This document shows, piece by piece, positions 21,028-29,925 of a stretch of DNA of 64,000 nucleotides. The notes under the pieces were generated by a model, which saw only the letters and a program-made list of their open reading frames with translations, was not told the DNA's origin and ran no database searches. This DNA comes from a virus (Duplodnaviria; Caudoviricetes): the IMG/VR virus record IMGVR_UViG_3300014204_000110; one strand, given 5' to 3'. A program made the position numbers and the translations under genes. Numbering within the stretch: position 1 is the first letter of the stretch; every line of letters begins with the position of its first letter.

Positions 21028-21490
21028 TCTAGGTACTATCGAAAAACATCCCTAATATCATAATCTCAATTCTCAAATAATTTTTTACACTAAACTGTAT
21101 ATTAAGCATTAACTATAATATTTAAATCCTAAAATAATTTTTCATCTATTTAAGCAATATCTAAATCCTCCAAAAAATTTTATCTGAAACCTCTTGATAG
21201 AAATTATACCTGATCTGATATAATCTTAGCTTTAAACAGTACTTTTATACCCTTTCTGGTATAAAAACGTAAAATCGAATTTTCAAAAAAAATATATCTG
21301 AATCGACCTCGCAATGGTCCTTTTCTATAACCCTAAACATATCAATAAGTTATAAGATATCTTTGTCTGAAAAGTATATATTATTTCAGACAAGAAGTGC
21401 ATAGTATTGCCTATTTATATGTATTTTGTGTTAAAACTGTTATAAAGCTACTAAAAGTGTTATATACTGCACCTTATGTGTTAAAACAAT

Positions 21491-21519
21491 TTGACATCCT
21501 AGATGTAAAGAAGTATATT
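21491..21519 (+). promoter_or_regulatory. Sigma70/SigA-type promoter
   Basis: TTGACA-N17-TATATT followed by AGGAGG RBS. Confidence 0.8.
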
Positions 21520-21536
21520 ACTAATAGGAGGTAAGT

Positions 21537-22047
21537 ATGAAATATTGTAGTAATTGTAAGTATCTTTCTAAGTATATTCGTGATGAAATTATTGATTATA
21601 GATATATAGATGGAAGTATAGTAGAGTCTGGAAATAAAGTATGTCTATGTGATCCTAAAAGAGAAGATTATAATAATTGGGAATATGAGTGTGTAACTAA
21701 GGTTTTAACTGTTTATGATCCTAGAAAGCTTAATGTTAAGAATGATTGCCAGTGTTATCGAGAGAGATGGATATATAGAATTATAGCGTTTCTTAGAGGA
21801 TGTAAGTATTATCATGTTAATGGTGGATTAAAACATGAACGAGTTAAATAAGTTAGTTATACTTATATTTGCTTTGTATGTGATTGGTGATACTATCAGG
21901 ATAATTGATCATAAGGATCGCTTTGTAATATTAAATGTGTTTAATACAGATACTGATAGTTGTTATGTTATGCTTGGTAATCTAGAGCATAAGTTAATAA
22001 GATATGAGCGTTGTTATAAACTTAGAAAGACTTTAGATAAGTATTGA
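21537..22047 (+). CDS. Two hypothetical proteins (21537-21851 Cys-rich, 21835-22047 N-terminal TM)
   Basis: First ORFs downstream of the promoter. Confidence 0.6.
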
Positions 22048-22072
22048 CTTTAACTTTGAAATATTGTATATT
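22044..22072 (+). promoter_or_regulatory. Sigma70-type promoter for Hsp20
   Basis: TTGACT-N17-TATATT. Confidence 0.75.
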
Positions 22073-22127
22073 ACTTATGTTACTGATCGAATGACAGTAA
22101 CTTTTTTAATCTATCTAAGGAGGATTT

Positions 22128-22535
22128 ATGGACACACAACTATGGGACATCTTCGATGTCTTCTTCAAAGATGCACTGGACACTTCCAGTACCTACACAA
22201 CTCTTACGAACAGCAAACTACATTATCCAATTGATGTTAAGGAGACAACCTCTGGAATTCAATTTGATGTAGCTATTGTTGGGGCTGAGAAAAAAGATGT
22301 AATTATCGAAACCGAAAACGATATATTACGAATAATTTATCCTAATAATGAAAATAAAGACAGCACTGAAAAGTATCTTTATAAGGGGATTACACGTAAG
22401 TCTTTCAATTTTAATTGGAAGCTTGGTGGCAAGTTTGACGTCGCTCAGACAGTGGCAGCTATGGATAAGGGATTACTTACGATTAAGATTCCTTACACTA
22501 AGAACGCTACTAAGAAACGTGTTGAAATAGTTTAA
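22128..22535 (+). CDS. Small heat-shock protein (Hsp20/alpha-crystallin family)
   Basis: YPIDVKE, AIVG..K.DV, YLYKGITRKSF, A.MDKGLLTI.IP and C-terminal VEI motif. Confidence 0.9.
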   Translation: MDTQLWDIFDVFFKDALDTSSTYTTLTNSKLHYPIDVKETTSGIQFDVAIVGAEKKDVIIETENDILRIIYPNNENKDSTEKYLYKGITRKSFNFNWKLGGKFDVAQTVAAMDKGLLTIKIPYTKNATKKRVEIV

Positions 22536-22539
22536 ACAT

Positions 22540-22560
22540 TTGGGGAGATATTCTCCCCAA
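22540..22560 (+). terminator. Terminator-like hairpin after Hsp20
   Basis: TTGGGGAGA-TAT-TCTCCCCAA. Confidence 0.6.
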
Positions 22561-22767
22561 TTATATTTATATGGGTAAAATTAAAAAAATAATGTCTGAA
22601 GAATTTAAGAGACGTAATTTTCCAGATAGTATTAATAATTATTTTATAGCAAATTGTCCATATAGTGATCGAGATTGTGATGTATTTTGTAATGAAGATG
22701 AATGTGAAGATTGTTTTCATGAATTTGTAACATTTGATCAACTTCATGTAAGTCTAGGAATTAAATC

Positions 22768-23082
22768 TTGATACATCTAAGAGATCCATATATAGAGAGT
22801 ATTGTAGAACTTAATTCATTTAAATTATTTTATGAAAGTAATTTTATATGTGACTGTAATGCAATTGAAATAACATCAAATACATTAAAAGGATTTTTTA
22901 CTACTAATTTTAATCTTGATATTTATCAAGATAAAACATATACGATTCTTATAAATTATAATAATACAATATATAATTTAAACTATGTTAAACTAACATC
23001 CAGACATCGTTATGTTGATAATTTTAATATACCAATTAGTCTAGATACTAAATACGAGTTTAAGTATGAACATATCTCTTAG
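22768..23082 (+). CDS. LRDxY-tagged protein 1: minimal tail-tube-like protein
   Basis: MIHLRDPY tag; aligns by eye to the spliced tail tube (ICDCNAI/IGNLNGI, GFFTTNFN/GSLIFTNFD, DTKYEFKYEHI/ETQMTFVARGI). Confidence 0.55.
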   Translation: MIHLRDPYIESIVELNSFKLFYESNFICDCNAIEITSNTLKGFFTTNFNLDIYQDKTYTILINYNNTIYNLNYVKLTSRHRYVDNFNIPISLDTKYEFKYEHIS

Positions 23083-23458
23083 AGATCGAGCAGATCCAAT
23101 ATATCCAGAAAATAGTTTTAATAGTATCTGGTATGCAACAAGAATGCTTATAACTAGTGGATCTATGTTTAAGTTAGAATATAATCTTCCTAGACGTTGG
23201 GGTAAGACTCATCTATGTGGAAAACTCATGGAAGAATTTGAAAATGTAATATATATTGCTAGTAATGATAATATGTGTAAATATTTCTGTTCTACATATG
23301 GATATATAACTAGAACTTTTAGTGCTAATTATATACTTGATTGTTTAAGAGGTCGAATAATAAATTATATTTTATTTGATGAAGTATCTTCTGTTCAAGT
23401 AAATAACGTATTATCTTATGTACATCCTAAAGGTTATCTTGCAGTGAGATCATTATGA
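23066..23458 (+). CDS. LRDxY-tagged protein 2: truncated terminase-ATPase-like P-loop domain
   Basis: PRRWGKT Walker A; LRGRIINYILFDE matches TerL LRGLSGDMVFIDE with identical spacing. Confidence 0.65.
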   Translation: MNISLRDRADPIYPENSFNSIWYATRMLITSGSMFKLEYNLPRRWGKTHLCGKLMEEFENVIYIASNDNMCKYFCSTYGYITRTFSANYILDCLRGRIINYILFDEVSSVQVNNVLSYVHPKGYLAVRSL

Positions 23459-23688
23459 TTCACTTAAGAGATCCATACATAAATGATTTTCCTACTCAAA
23501 GTCCGTCTAGTTCAGATTCAAGTAGTTCAAGTAGTTCAGAAAGTTTTAGTATTAGTGATAGTGCAAGTATTTCAATGAGTGCTAGTCCAAGTATAAGTAA
23601 TGAAAGAAATTATGAACATACACCTAAGAGATCGATACTTTCAAGAATATCCAAAAGATTGGTATCGATTATATCTTTTACTAAGTAA
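23455..23688 (+). CDS. LRDxY-tagged protein 3: serine-rich low-complexity protein
   Basis: MIHLRDPY tag, then SPSSSDSSSSSSSESFSISDSASISMSASPSIS. Confidence 0.55.
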   Translation: MIHLRDPYINDFPTQSPSSSDSSSSSSSESFSISDSASISMSASPSISNERNYEHTPKRSILSRISKRLVSIISFTK

Positions 23689-24022
23689 AAATATAAATGA
23701 AGATAGATTTTTTACCATAAATTTATCTAGACATAAACATTTTGAAACCGTTACTTTAGGTTTAAATTTATTAAATGATTTTGAACATCTTTTAATGATT
23801 GTTAAAAACGCTGGTACTGAAATAATGCTTAGAAAAAATAGTAATTTAAATAATATAAATCAATATAATTTATATTCTGGAGTAGAACTTAAAAATTGTG
23901 GATGTGATGTACATCTAAAATTAAAATATAAATATATATTTATGGATAACTTAGATGATGAACTTATAAAATACTATTCTAATCTTGGACTTAGTTATAT
24001 TAGTATAAAGAACAACTTATGA
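23612..24022 (+). CDS. LRDxY-tagged protein 4: degenerate paralogue of protein 2
   Basis: Start reassigned to ATG at 23612 (MNIHLRDRY); INLSRHK... and KYIFMDN at the Walker A/B positions. Confidence 0.5.
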   Translation: MNIHLRDRYFQEYPKDWYRLYLLLSKNINEDRFFTINLSRHKHFETVTLGLNLLNDFEHLLMIVKNAGTEIMLRKNSNLNNINQYNLYSGVELKNCGCDVHLKLKYKYIFMDNLDDELIKYYSNLGLSYISIKNNL

Positions 24023-24228
24023 ACATAAATTTAAGAGATCGATACATTGCTGAGACACTTACAATCAAAGATATTTCTAATATGGTTGAGTGGTTGATGA
24101 AACAACCATCACAAGAATATATAATTCCAGTAGATAGTTATTATGATAAATTAATAGATGATTATTTTAATGAGCGAATTAAAAAATTAAAAACTAGGAA
24201 ACTATATGACAATAAATCTAAGAGATAG
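24019..24228 (+). CDS. LRDxY-tagged protein 5: capsid-protein fragment-like
   Basis: MNINLRDRY; ungapped match to MCP SMTANDVFEMYAYLL...KL. Confidence 0.5.
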   Translation: MNINLRDRYIAETLTIKDISNMVEWLMKQPSQEYIIPVDSYYDKLIDDYFNERIKKLKTRKLYDNKSKR

Positions 24229-24415
24229 ATACGTAGAAGAACCAAAAGTATGGCCAGGTAAATTTGAATATACTGATACATTAGACTTTGATAATCACAT
24301 CATTCAACAATGGGTGCAAAATGCTAGAAGAGCACTATCTGCTGAAGTTAGACGAACTGTATTAGAACAAATACCGCGTTATAATCAAGGTGGAATAATT
24401 GAACCTAAATCTTAA
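24206..24415 (+). CDS. LRDxY-tagged protein 6: capsid spine-helix fragment-like
   Basis: MTINLRDRY; WVQNARRALSAEVRRTVLEQI vs MCP WLRAAGKAMARCKERIGMKLI. Confidence 0.5.
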   Translation: MTINLRDRYVEEPKVWPGKFEYTDTLDFDNHIIQQWVQNARRALSAEVRRTVLEQIPRYNQGGIIEPKS

Positions 24416-24701
24416 AAATAAATATCCAGATATCTTTAATGCTGTCTATGATAGTGTTACTGATTTTACAGACTTACCTGATGAAGTTATCTCTAAGATA
24501 GCTTATCGAGCAGGTACTGTAGCTTGTGAAGCTCACGAGCGAGAACTAACCAAGGAGAAATCAATGTCAGATGATCTTAAAGATCTTGTAACGTCTACAG
24601 ATGTTCCAAGTATTTCAAAACAAGAGATGCGAAAGACTCACGCTAATCAACATCAGCAAGCAAAGAAAATAACAGGAAAAGCTAAGAAAACAAAGAAATA
24701 A
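24399..24701 (+). CDS. Hypothetical protein with degenerate tag (MNLNLKNKY)
   Basis: Overlaps previous ORF; possible internal start at 24563 after GGAG. Confidence 0.5.
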   Translation: MNLNLKNKYPDIFNAVYDSVTDFTDLPDEVISKIAYRAGTVACEAHERELTKEKSMSDDLKDLVTSTDVPSISKQEMRKTHANQHQQAKKITGKAKKTKK

Positions 24702-24702
24702 C

Positions 24703-24731
24703 TTGATATCTTACTACGGTTGTAGTATATT
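24703..24731 (+). promoter_or_regulatory. Sigma70-type promoter for RNR, followed by an inverted repeat
   Basis: TTGATA-N17-TATATT; ATAGACATC...GATGTCTAT immediately downstream. Confidence 0.65.
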
Positions 24732-24757
24732 ATAGACATCACAATTGATGTCTATTT

Positions 24758-26665
24758 TTGTCTTTGAGGGAAAACAAAATGAGTGTTACTTATCCAAATA
24801 TTGCTAGTGAATTTGTTGCTTTACGATCTTATTGTAGATGGTTACCAGATCAAGAAAGAAGAGAAACTTGGGAAGAAGTTGTAAATCGAGTTGTTAATTT
24901 TTTAAAAACAGAAACTCGTCATGCTGATAGAATTCCTAATAAAGTATGGACTTCTATTGAAGAAGGAATGTTAACTTTTAATGTAATGCCAAGTATGAGA
25001 CTTGCAGCTACTGCTGGGCCTGCTGCAAAAAAAGATAATATTTGTCTTTTTAATTGTTCATATTTACCAATTGATAGTATTAAATCATTTAGTGAATTAT
25101 TATATATATTAATGTGTGGTACAGGAGCAGGATTTAGTGTAGAAAAAGAAAACATTGATAAACTTTCTATTATTAAACATCCAAATTCTCAAAGAAGAGA
25201 TGATTATATAATTGAAGATTCTCGTGAAGGTTGGGCTAAAGCTTTTCAGTTTGGTCTTGAAACATGGTTTAATGGAGAAGATGTTCATTTTGATTTTTCA
25301 AAACTCAGACCATATGGTGCTTCATTAAAAACAATGGGTGGAAGATCTAGTGGTCCTGATCCATTAAAAGAACTTCTTGAATTTACAAAAGATATTATTT
25401 TTAACGCAAAAGGAAGAAAGTTAACTTCTTTAGAATGTCATGATATTTGTTGTAAAGTTGCAGAAGTTGTAGTTGTTGGTGGTACACGAAGATCAGCAAT
25501 GATTTCATTCAGTGATCTCGATGATCAATTAATGTGTCATGCAAAAGAATTTCCAATTCCACCACATCGATTTATGGCAAATAATTCTGCTGTATATAAA
25601 GAAAAACCTGATACTATTACTTTTCTTAAAGAATGGAGTTCATTAGCTGAATCTGGAAGTGGAGAAAGAGGAATTATAAATGTTAGTAATCTTGATGCTA
25701 TATGTAAAGATAGAAAATTTACAAAAGATATAAGATTCAATCCTTGCTCAGAGATTCTTCTTAGACCATACGAATGTTGTAACTTATCAGAAGCAGTTAT
25801 TAGAAGTGATGATGATATTGGAGATCTTGTTGAAAAAGTAACTACTGCTACATGGTTAGGTGTTATTCAAGGAACATTTACACATTTTCCTTTTTTAAGA
25901 CCTGAATGGAAAAAGAATTGTGAAGAAGAAAGATTAATTGGTGTAAGTCTTACTGGTCAAATGGATAATCCAGAAATTCTTTCAGAACAAGTGCTTAAAC
26001 AATTAAAAAAAGTAGTAATAAAAGTTGCAAAACATGCTTCTTCTATTCTAGAAGTGAATACACCAAAAGCATATACTTGTGTTAAACCATCTGGAACTGT
26101 TTCACAAGTTGTAGATAGTGCTTCTGGTTGTCATCCTAGATACAGTAAATTTTATATAAGAAGATATAGGATTTCTAGTTCTGATCCATTATTTCATCTT
26201 ATGAGAGATCAAGGAATTTCATATAAACCTGAAGTTGGTCAAACAGAAGATAATGCTACAACAATGGTTGTTGAATTTCCAATTAAAGCACCAGATAAAG
26301 CTATTACAATTAAAGATTGGTCATCATCAGATCAACTTAATTGGTATCTTAAAGTTCAAAAAAATTGGAGTACTCATAATGTTAGCAATACAGTTTACGT
26401 AAAAAAAGATGAATGGTTAAAAATTGGATCTTGGGTTTATGATCATTTTGCTGAAATAGTTGGTGTAAGTTTTCTTCCAATTGAAGATCATAAATATGAA
26501 TTAGCACCATATGAAGAAATTACTGAAGATAAATACAATGAATTATTAAAATCTTTTCCTAAATTAGATTTTTCAGTATTAGGAGAATATGAAAAACTCG
26601 TTGGTGATAAAACTGAAGCAGCTAAACAAATGGCTTGTTCTTCAGGATCTTGCGAAATAACATAA
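24758..26665 (+). CDS. nrdJ: Class II (adenosylcobalamin-dependent) ribonucleotide reductase, monomeric type (likely start ATG at 24779)
   Basis: FNC, GGRSSGP, VVVGGTRRSA, NPCSEI, CNLSE, CVKPSGT and C-terminal CSSGSC; no beta subunit nearby. Confidence 0.92.
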   Translation: MSLRENKMSVTYPNIASEFVALRSYCRWLPDQERRETWEEVVNRVVNFLKTETRHADRIPNKVWTSIEEGMLTFNVMPSMRLAATAGPAAKKDNICLFNCSYLPIDSIKSFSELLYILMCGTGAGFSVEKENIDKLSIIKHPNSQRRDDYIIEDSREGWAKAFQFGLETWFNGEDVHFDFSKLRPYGASLKTMGGRSSGPDPLKELLEFTKDIIFNAKGRKLTSLECHDICCKVAEVVVVGGTRRSAMISFSDLDDQLMCHAKEFPIPPHRFMANNSAVYKEKPDTITFLKEWSSLAESGSGERGIINVSNLDAICKDRKFTKDIRFNPCSEILLRPYECCNLSEAVIRSDDDIGDLVEKVTTATWLGVIQGTFTHFPFLRPEWKKNCEEERLIGVSLTGQMDNPEILSEQVLKQLKKVVIKVAKHASSILEVNTPKAYTCVKPSGTVSQVVDSASGCHPRYSKFYIRRYRISSSDPLFHLMRDQGISYKPEVGQTEDNATTMVVEFPIKAPDKAITIKDWSSSDQLNWYLKVQKNWSTHNVSNTVYVKKDEWLKIGSWVYDHFAEIVGVSFLPIEDHKYELAPYEEITEDKYNELLKSFPKLDFSVLGEYEKLVGDKTEAAKQMACSSGSCEIT

Positions 26666-27620
26666 ATGAAGCAAATAAAAACATATCTAGAATATAACTT
26701 AGATAGTAAAAACATAATTATAATAAGTAATACTTATAAAGGAAGTCCTAAGATGTATTATAAATATGATATCTTGATAGGATCTAAAGAAATTATAACT
26801 AAATATAAAAGTGATCTTGTTCCAGAACATCTGCTTAAAACTGGATGGAAACCGAAGGTGGTTTATTTATGAAAGCAAAATTAATTATTTTAAAACACGA
26901 ACTAAATAATTGGTCAGAAAGATATAAAAAAGAAGCTGAAAGATGTCTTAATAATTGTAGTTTAGAATGTGTTGGATATAAAATAAGACAAGAAACTGTT
27001 GATGTAATTGTTGAAATGTTAAACAAAATATTAAATGAAGAGGAAAATAATGAGTAAAGAAGATAAATTAATAGAAGTGTTAAATAATATGATTAAATTA
27101 GTAGAACCAATTTATTACAAAGATTTTAATAAGAAAATAAAAGCAATTAATAATGAAGATCTTATCAAATATGAAGAAAAAGAATCTGTTGTTGGAGTTA
27201 CAAATATAAACAATAATGATTATGCAATTTCAACTTTAAGTATAATTGCTACAATAACTGATATTTTAATTGATAAACGTTTAGCATTTAATGTTGAAGA
27301 TACTGGAGTTATAAGTGGAGTTAAATTTTATGAACCTTTGGTGTAAATTAGGATTTCATGATTATGAAACTATAAAATCTTTATCAATAAGAGATATAGA
27401 AAACGATATAGCTATTAAAAGAGGAATTACTCCAATTCTTGACTATTATACAACTGGAATAACTTCTTATTTTAGTCAAAAAATATGTTTAAATTGTTGT
27501 AAGTATATTGATGAAATTACACCAGAAATTAAAAGACAAGAAAAAGTAGTAGATAAATCAAATATTCGAGAAAACAAATTAAAAGAAATACTTTCTAAAA
27601 AAGGAATTAATAATGAGTGA
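26666..27620 (+). CDS. Four small hypothetical proteins (26666-26872, 26845-27057, 27035-27346, 27315-27620)
   Basis: Coupled ORFs; last has an LWCKLGFHDY...C..C pattern. Confidence 0.55.
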
Positions 27621-28134
27621 AATTAAGTTACAAATAGTTAAAATGTTTGATGATGTTAAGTTACCTAGTAAGCAGAATCCTACTGATAGTGGATTTGATC
27701 TTTACGCTTATAGTTTTAAAAAGTACTATCAGAATCATGGTAGTAACTATGAACGACTTTTTGAAGATGATAAAGTAACTCCTTTTATACGTGATGGGGA
27801 ACTTGAACTGGCTAGTCTTGATAGAGTTCTTATAGGTACTGGTCTTAAGATGACAGTTGGACCTGGATATGAACTTCAAGTACGTGCTAGAAGTGGACTT
27901 GCTCTTAAACAAGGATTATCATTAGTAAACGGAATTGGCACAATTGACTATTCTTATCGTGACGAATGTTGTGTTATACTTATTAATCTTTCTAGAAAGA
28001 ATCAAGTGATTAAACTAGGAGATAGAATAGCACAAATTGTTCCTATGGCGGTTGCTTTGCCTGAAATACAGGTTGTTCAAACTTTAGATGGTGTTGATCG
28101 TGGTGGTGGTTTTGGGCATACGAATAACAATTAG
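27613..28134 (+). CDS. dut: dUTPase (trimeric type)
   Basis: SGFDL, RSGLALK, GTIDYSYR, RIAQ, RGGGFGHT motifs. Confidence 0.95.
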   Translation: MSEIKLQIVKMFDDVKLPSKQNPTDSGFDLYAYSFKKYYQNHGSNYERLFEDDKVTPFIRDGELELASLDRVLIGTGLKMTVGPGYELQVRARSGLALKQGLSLVNGIGTIDYSYRDECCVILINLSRKNQVIKLGDRIAQIVPMAVALPEIQVVQTLDGVDRGGGFGHTNNN

Positions 28135-28251
28135 TCTATACTATAGGAGATAAATTATGTTTAATATGTTCATACGAACACTTATTAGGGCGATAACTTA
28201 TAATATAGTTAATGTTCTATTTAGAAAATTAATAAGATTAAAGAGGTTAAA

Positions 28252-28701
28252 ATGAATGTTGAAATAACTACAGATGGAACTCTGCAAAACACAATACTTA
28301 AAGTTGATGGTAAGGATATTACCAAAAATAACAAAGTAGTAAGTATAAGTGCTTATGCTTCTGCTCCTTTTAAAGGACAGGTAAGTGGTGACATTTATAA
28401 AGGTCACGTTGGTGTAAGTTATGAAATAATGGATGATAAAGGCACAATTGAACGACTTTCTATAGGAAGTTCTGAAACAGACTACGTAAAAGGCATCGGT
28501 CAGAAGATTAAACAGAATGATCAGGTATTGCAGTATCTAGGTCAGAATATTCCTGCAGAGCTAGACGTTATTGTAGATAAAATTGTAAAACATTGTGAAG
28601 ATAATAAGATAGCATGTCCCGCTAAAGATGTTCTTGTTACGAGAACAAAAGAATCATTGATGGATAAAGTCATTGATCTTGGAATTAAATTGGAGAATTA
28701 A
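28252..28701 (+). CDS. Hypothetical protein
   Basis: GAGG RBS; 149 aa. Confidence 0.65.
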   Translation: MNVEITTDGTLQNTILKVDGKDITKNNKVVSISAYASAPFKGQVSGDIYKGHVGVSYEIMDDKGTIERLSIGSSETDYVKGIGQKIKQNDQVLQYLGQNIPAELDVIVDKIVKHCEDNKIACPAKDVLVTRTKESLMDKVIDLGIKLEN

Positions 28702-29050
28702 AATGTATAGTAAATGTAAAAAAGGCAAAGGTTCTAAAGGAAAATGAGTAAAACTAAACCAATTGTTATAAAGACTGGTAATACTTTTAAGGGACCAGGC
28801 TGGAATGGCCAAAAAGTTCAACCTGTGGTACAACCCAAACCACAAAAGACTTATGATCCTAAAAAAGGAAATACTGGAATTGCAGGATAGTTGCATATAA
28901 AAATATTAGAAGGGCTATTCTATATATGAGGTCCATCTTACGATGGAATAAGTTATAAAATCTCCCTTTCTACTGGATGTCCCTCAACATCCTTTCCTCA
29001 AGCGGCTAACGTTCTGTTAGCCGTATTTATTTTATACCTATACTAATTTT

Positions 29051-29539
29051 ATGACGCAATGTATATTATGTAACTTTAAATGTGAAGAAGACTTATGTAA
29101 AAGACATAAGAAGTTATATGTATTTGATGCATGTCTTAATGGATACCGATTAAAGAAACGCACATCTGGAAGCCGATATACACAAGCTAAATTTCATAAA
29201 ACAGAGATTACTCTTACAAAAATACTTGAAAAACGTTATGGAAAGAAAAATGTTATAACATCTTTTCATCCATTATGGGCAGTAAGTACAAAAGGAGTTT
29301 TACTCGAATATGATATTTATATAAAATCAAAAGATATTCTTGTGGAATATAATAGTATCATTCATTATGAATGGACTAAGTTCTTCCACAAGACAAAACT
29401 AGAGTTCTTACAACAGCAAAGGCGCGATAAAAGCAAAGCGCGTCTAGCTAAGAAAAATGGTAAAAAATTAATAATTTTTAAATATGATGAACCGTTGTTT
29501 AAAGATTATATTATAAATAAAATTGAAGGAGATAAATAA
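29051..29539 (+). CDS. Vsr/DUF559-like (PD-(D/E)xK) endonuclease
   Basis: LEYDIYI...ILVEYNSIIHY...RD..K...A...G.KLIIF.Y. Confidence 0.65.
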   Translation: MTQCILCNFKCEEDLCKRHKKLYVFDACLNGYRLKKRTSGSRYTQAKFHKTEITLTKILEKRYGKKNVITSFHPLWAVSTKGVLLEYDIYIKSKDILVEYNSIIHYEWTKFFHKTKLEFLQQQRRDKSKARLAKKNGKKLIIFKYDEPLFKDYIINKIEGDK

Positions 29540-29890
29540 ATGGAATCGATGATTATTAGAGGAAGTGATGCAAGTGGAATGTATATTGCAGGACCTCAAA
29601 GATATTTTAATGTTGAAAGTGTAATGTTTGATGTTCCAATAAGTGCTACTAATGATGCTACTGTAACATTAAGTGGTGCTCAAACTGGAGAAAAAACTTT
29701 TAATAGTACAACGATTGTTAATGTTCCTTTTAAAGCAAATGAAGATGTATATATTACCACGTCTGGTTTTCTATCAACATATCAAGTTGTTATAAACTAT
29801 ACTCAAGTAGGAGACGCATCATCTTATGTACAGTCAGATATTTCTAGAGTTTCAGGTGGTGGATACTCAGTACCTTGGAGATTCCAGTAA
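29540..29890 (+). CDS. Hypothetical beta-rich protein, possibly virion-associated
   Basis: S/T/G-rich composition like the downstream structural proteins. Confidence 0.55.
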   Translation: MESMIIRGSDASGMYIAGPQRYFNVESVMFDVPISATNDATVTLSGAQTGEKTFNSTTIVNVPFKANEDVYITTSGFLSTYQVVINYTQVGDASSYVQSDISRVSGGGYSVPWRFQ

Positions 29891-29925
29891 ACTATCATAT
29901 AATTTAACAACTTGGAGGAAGCAGC

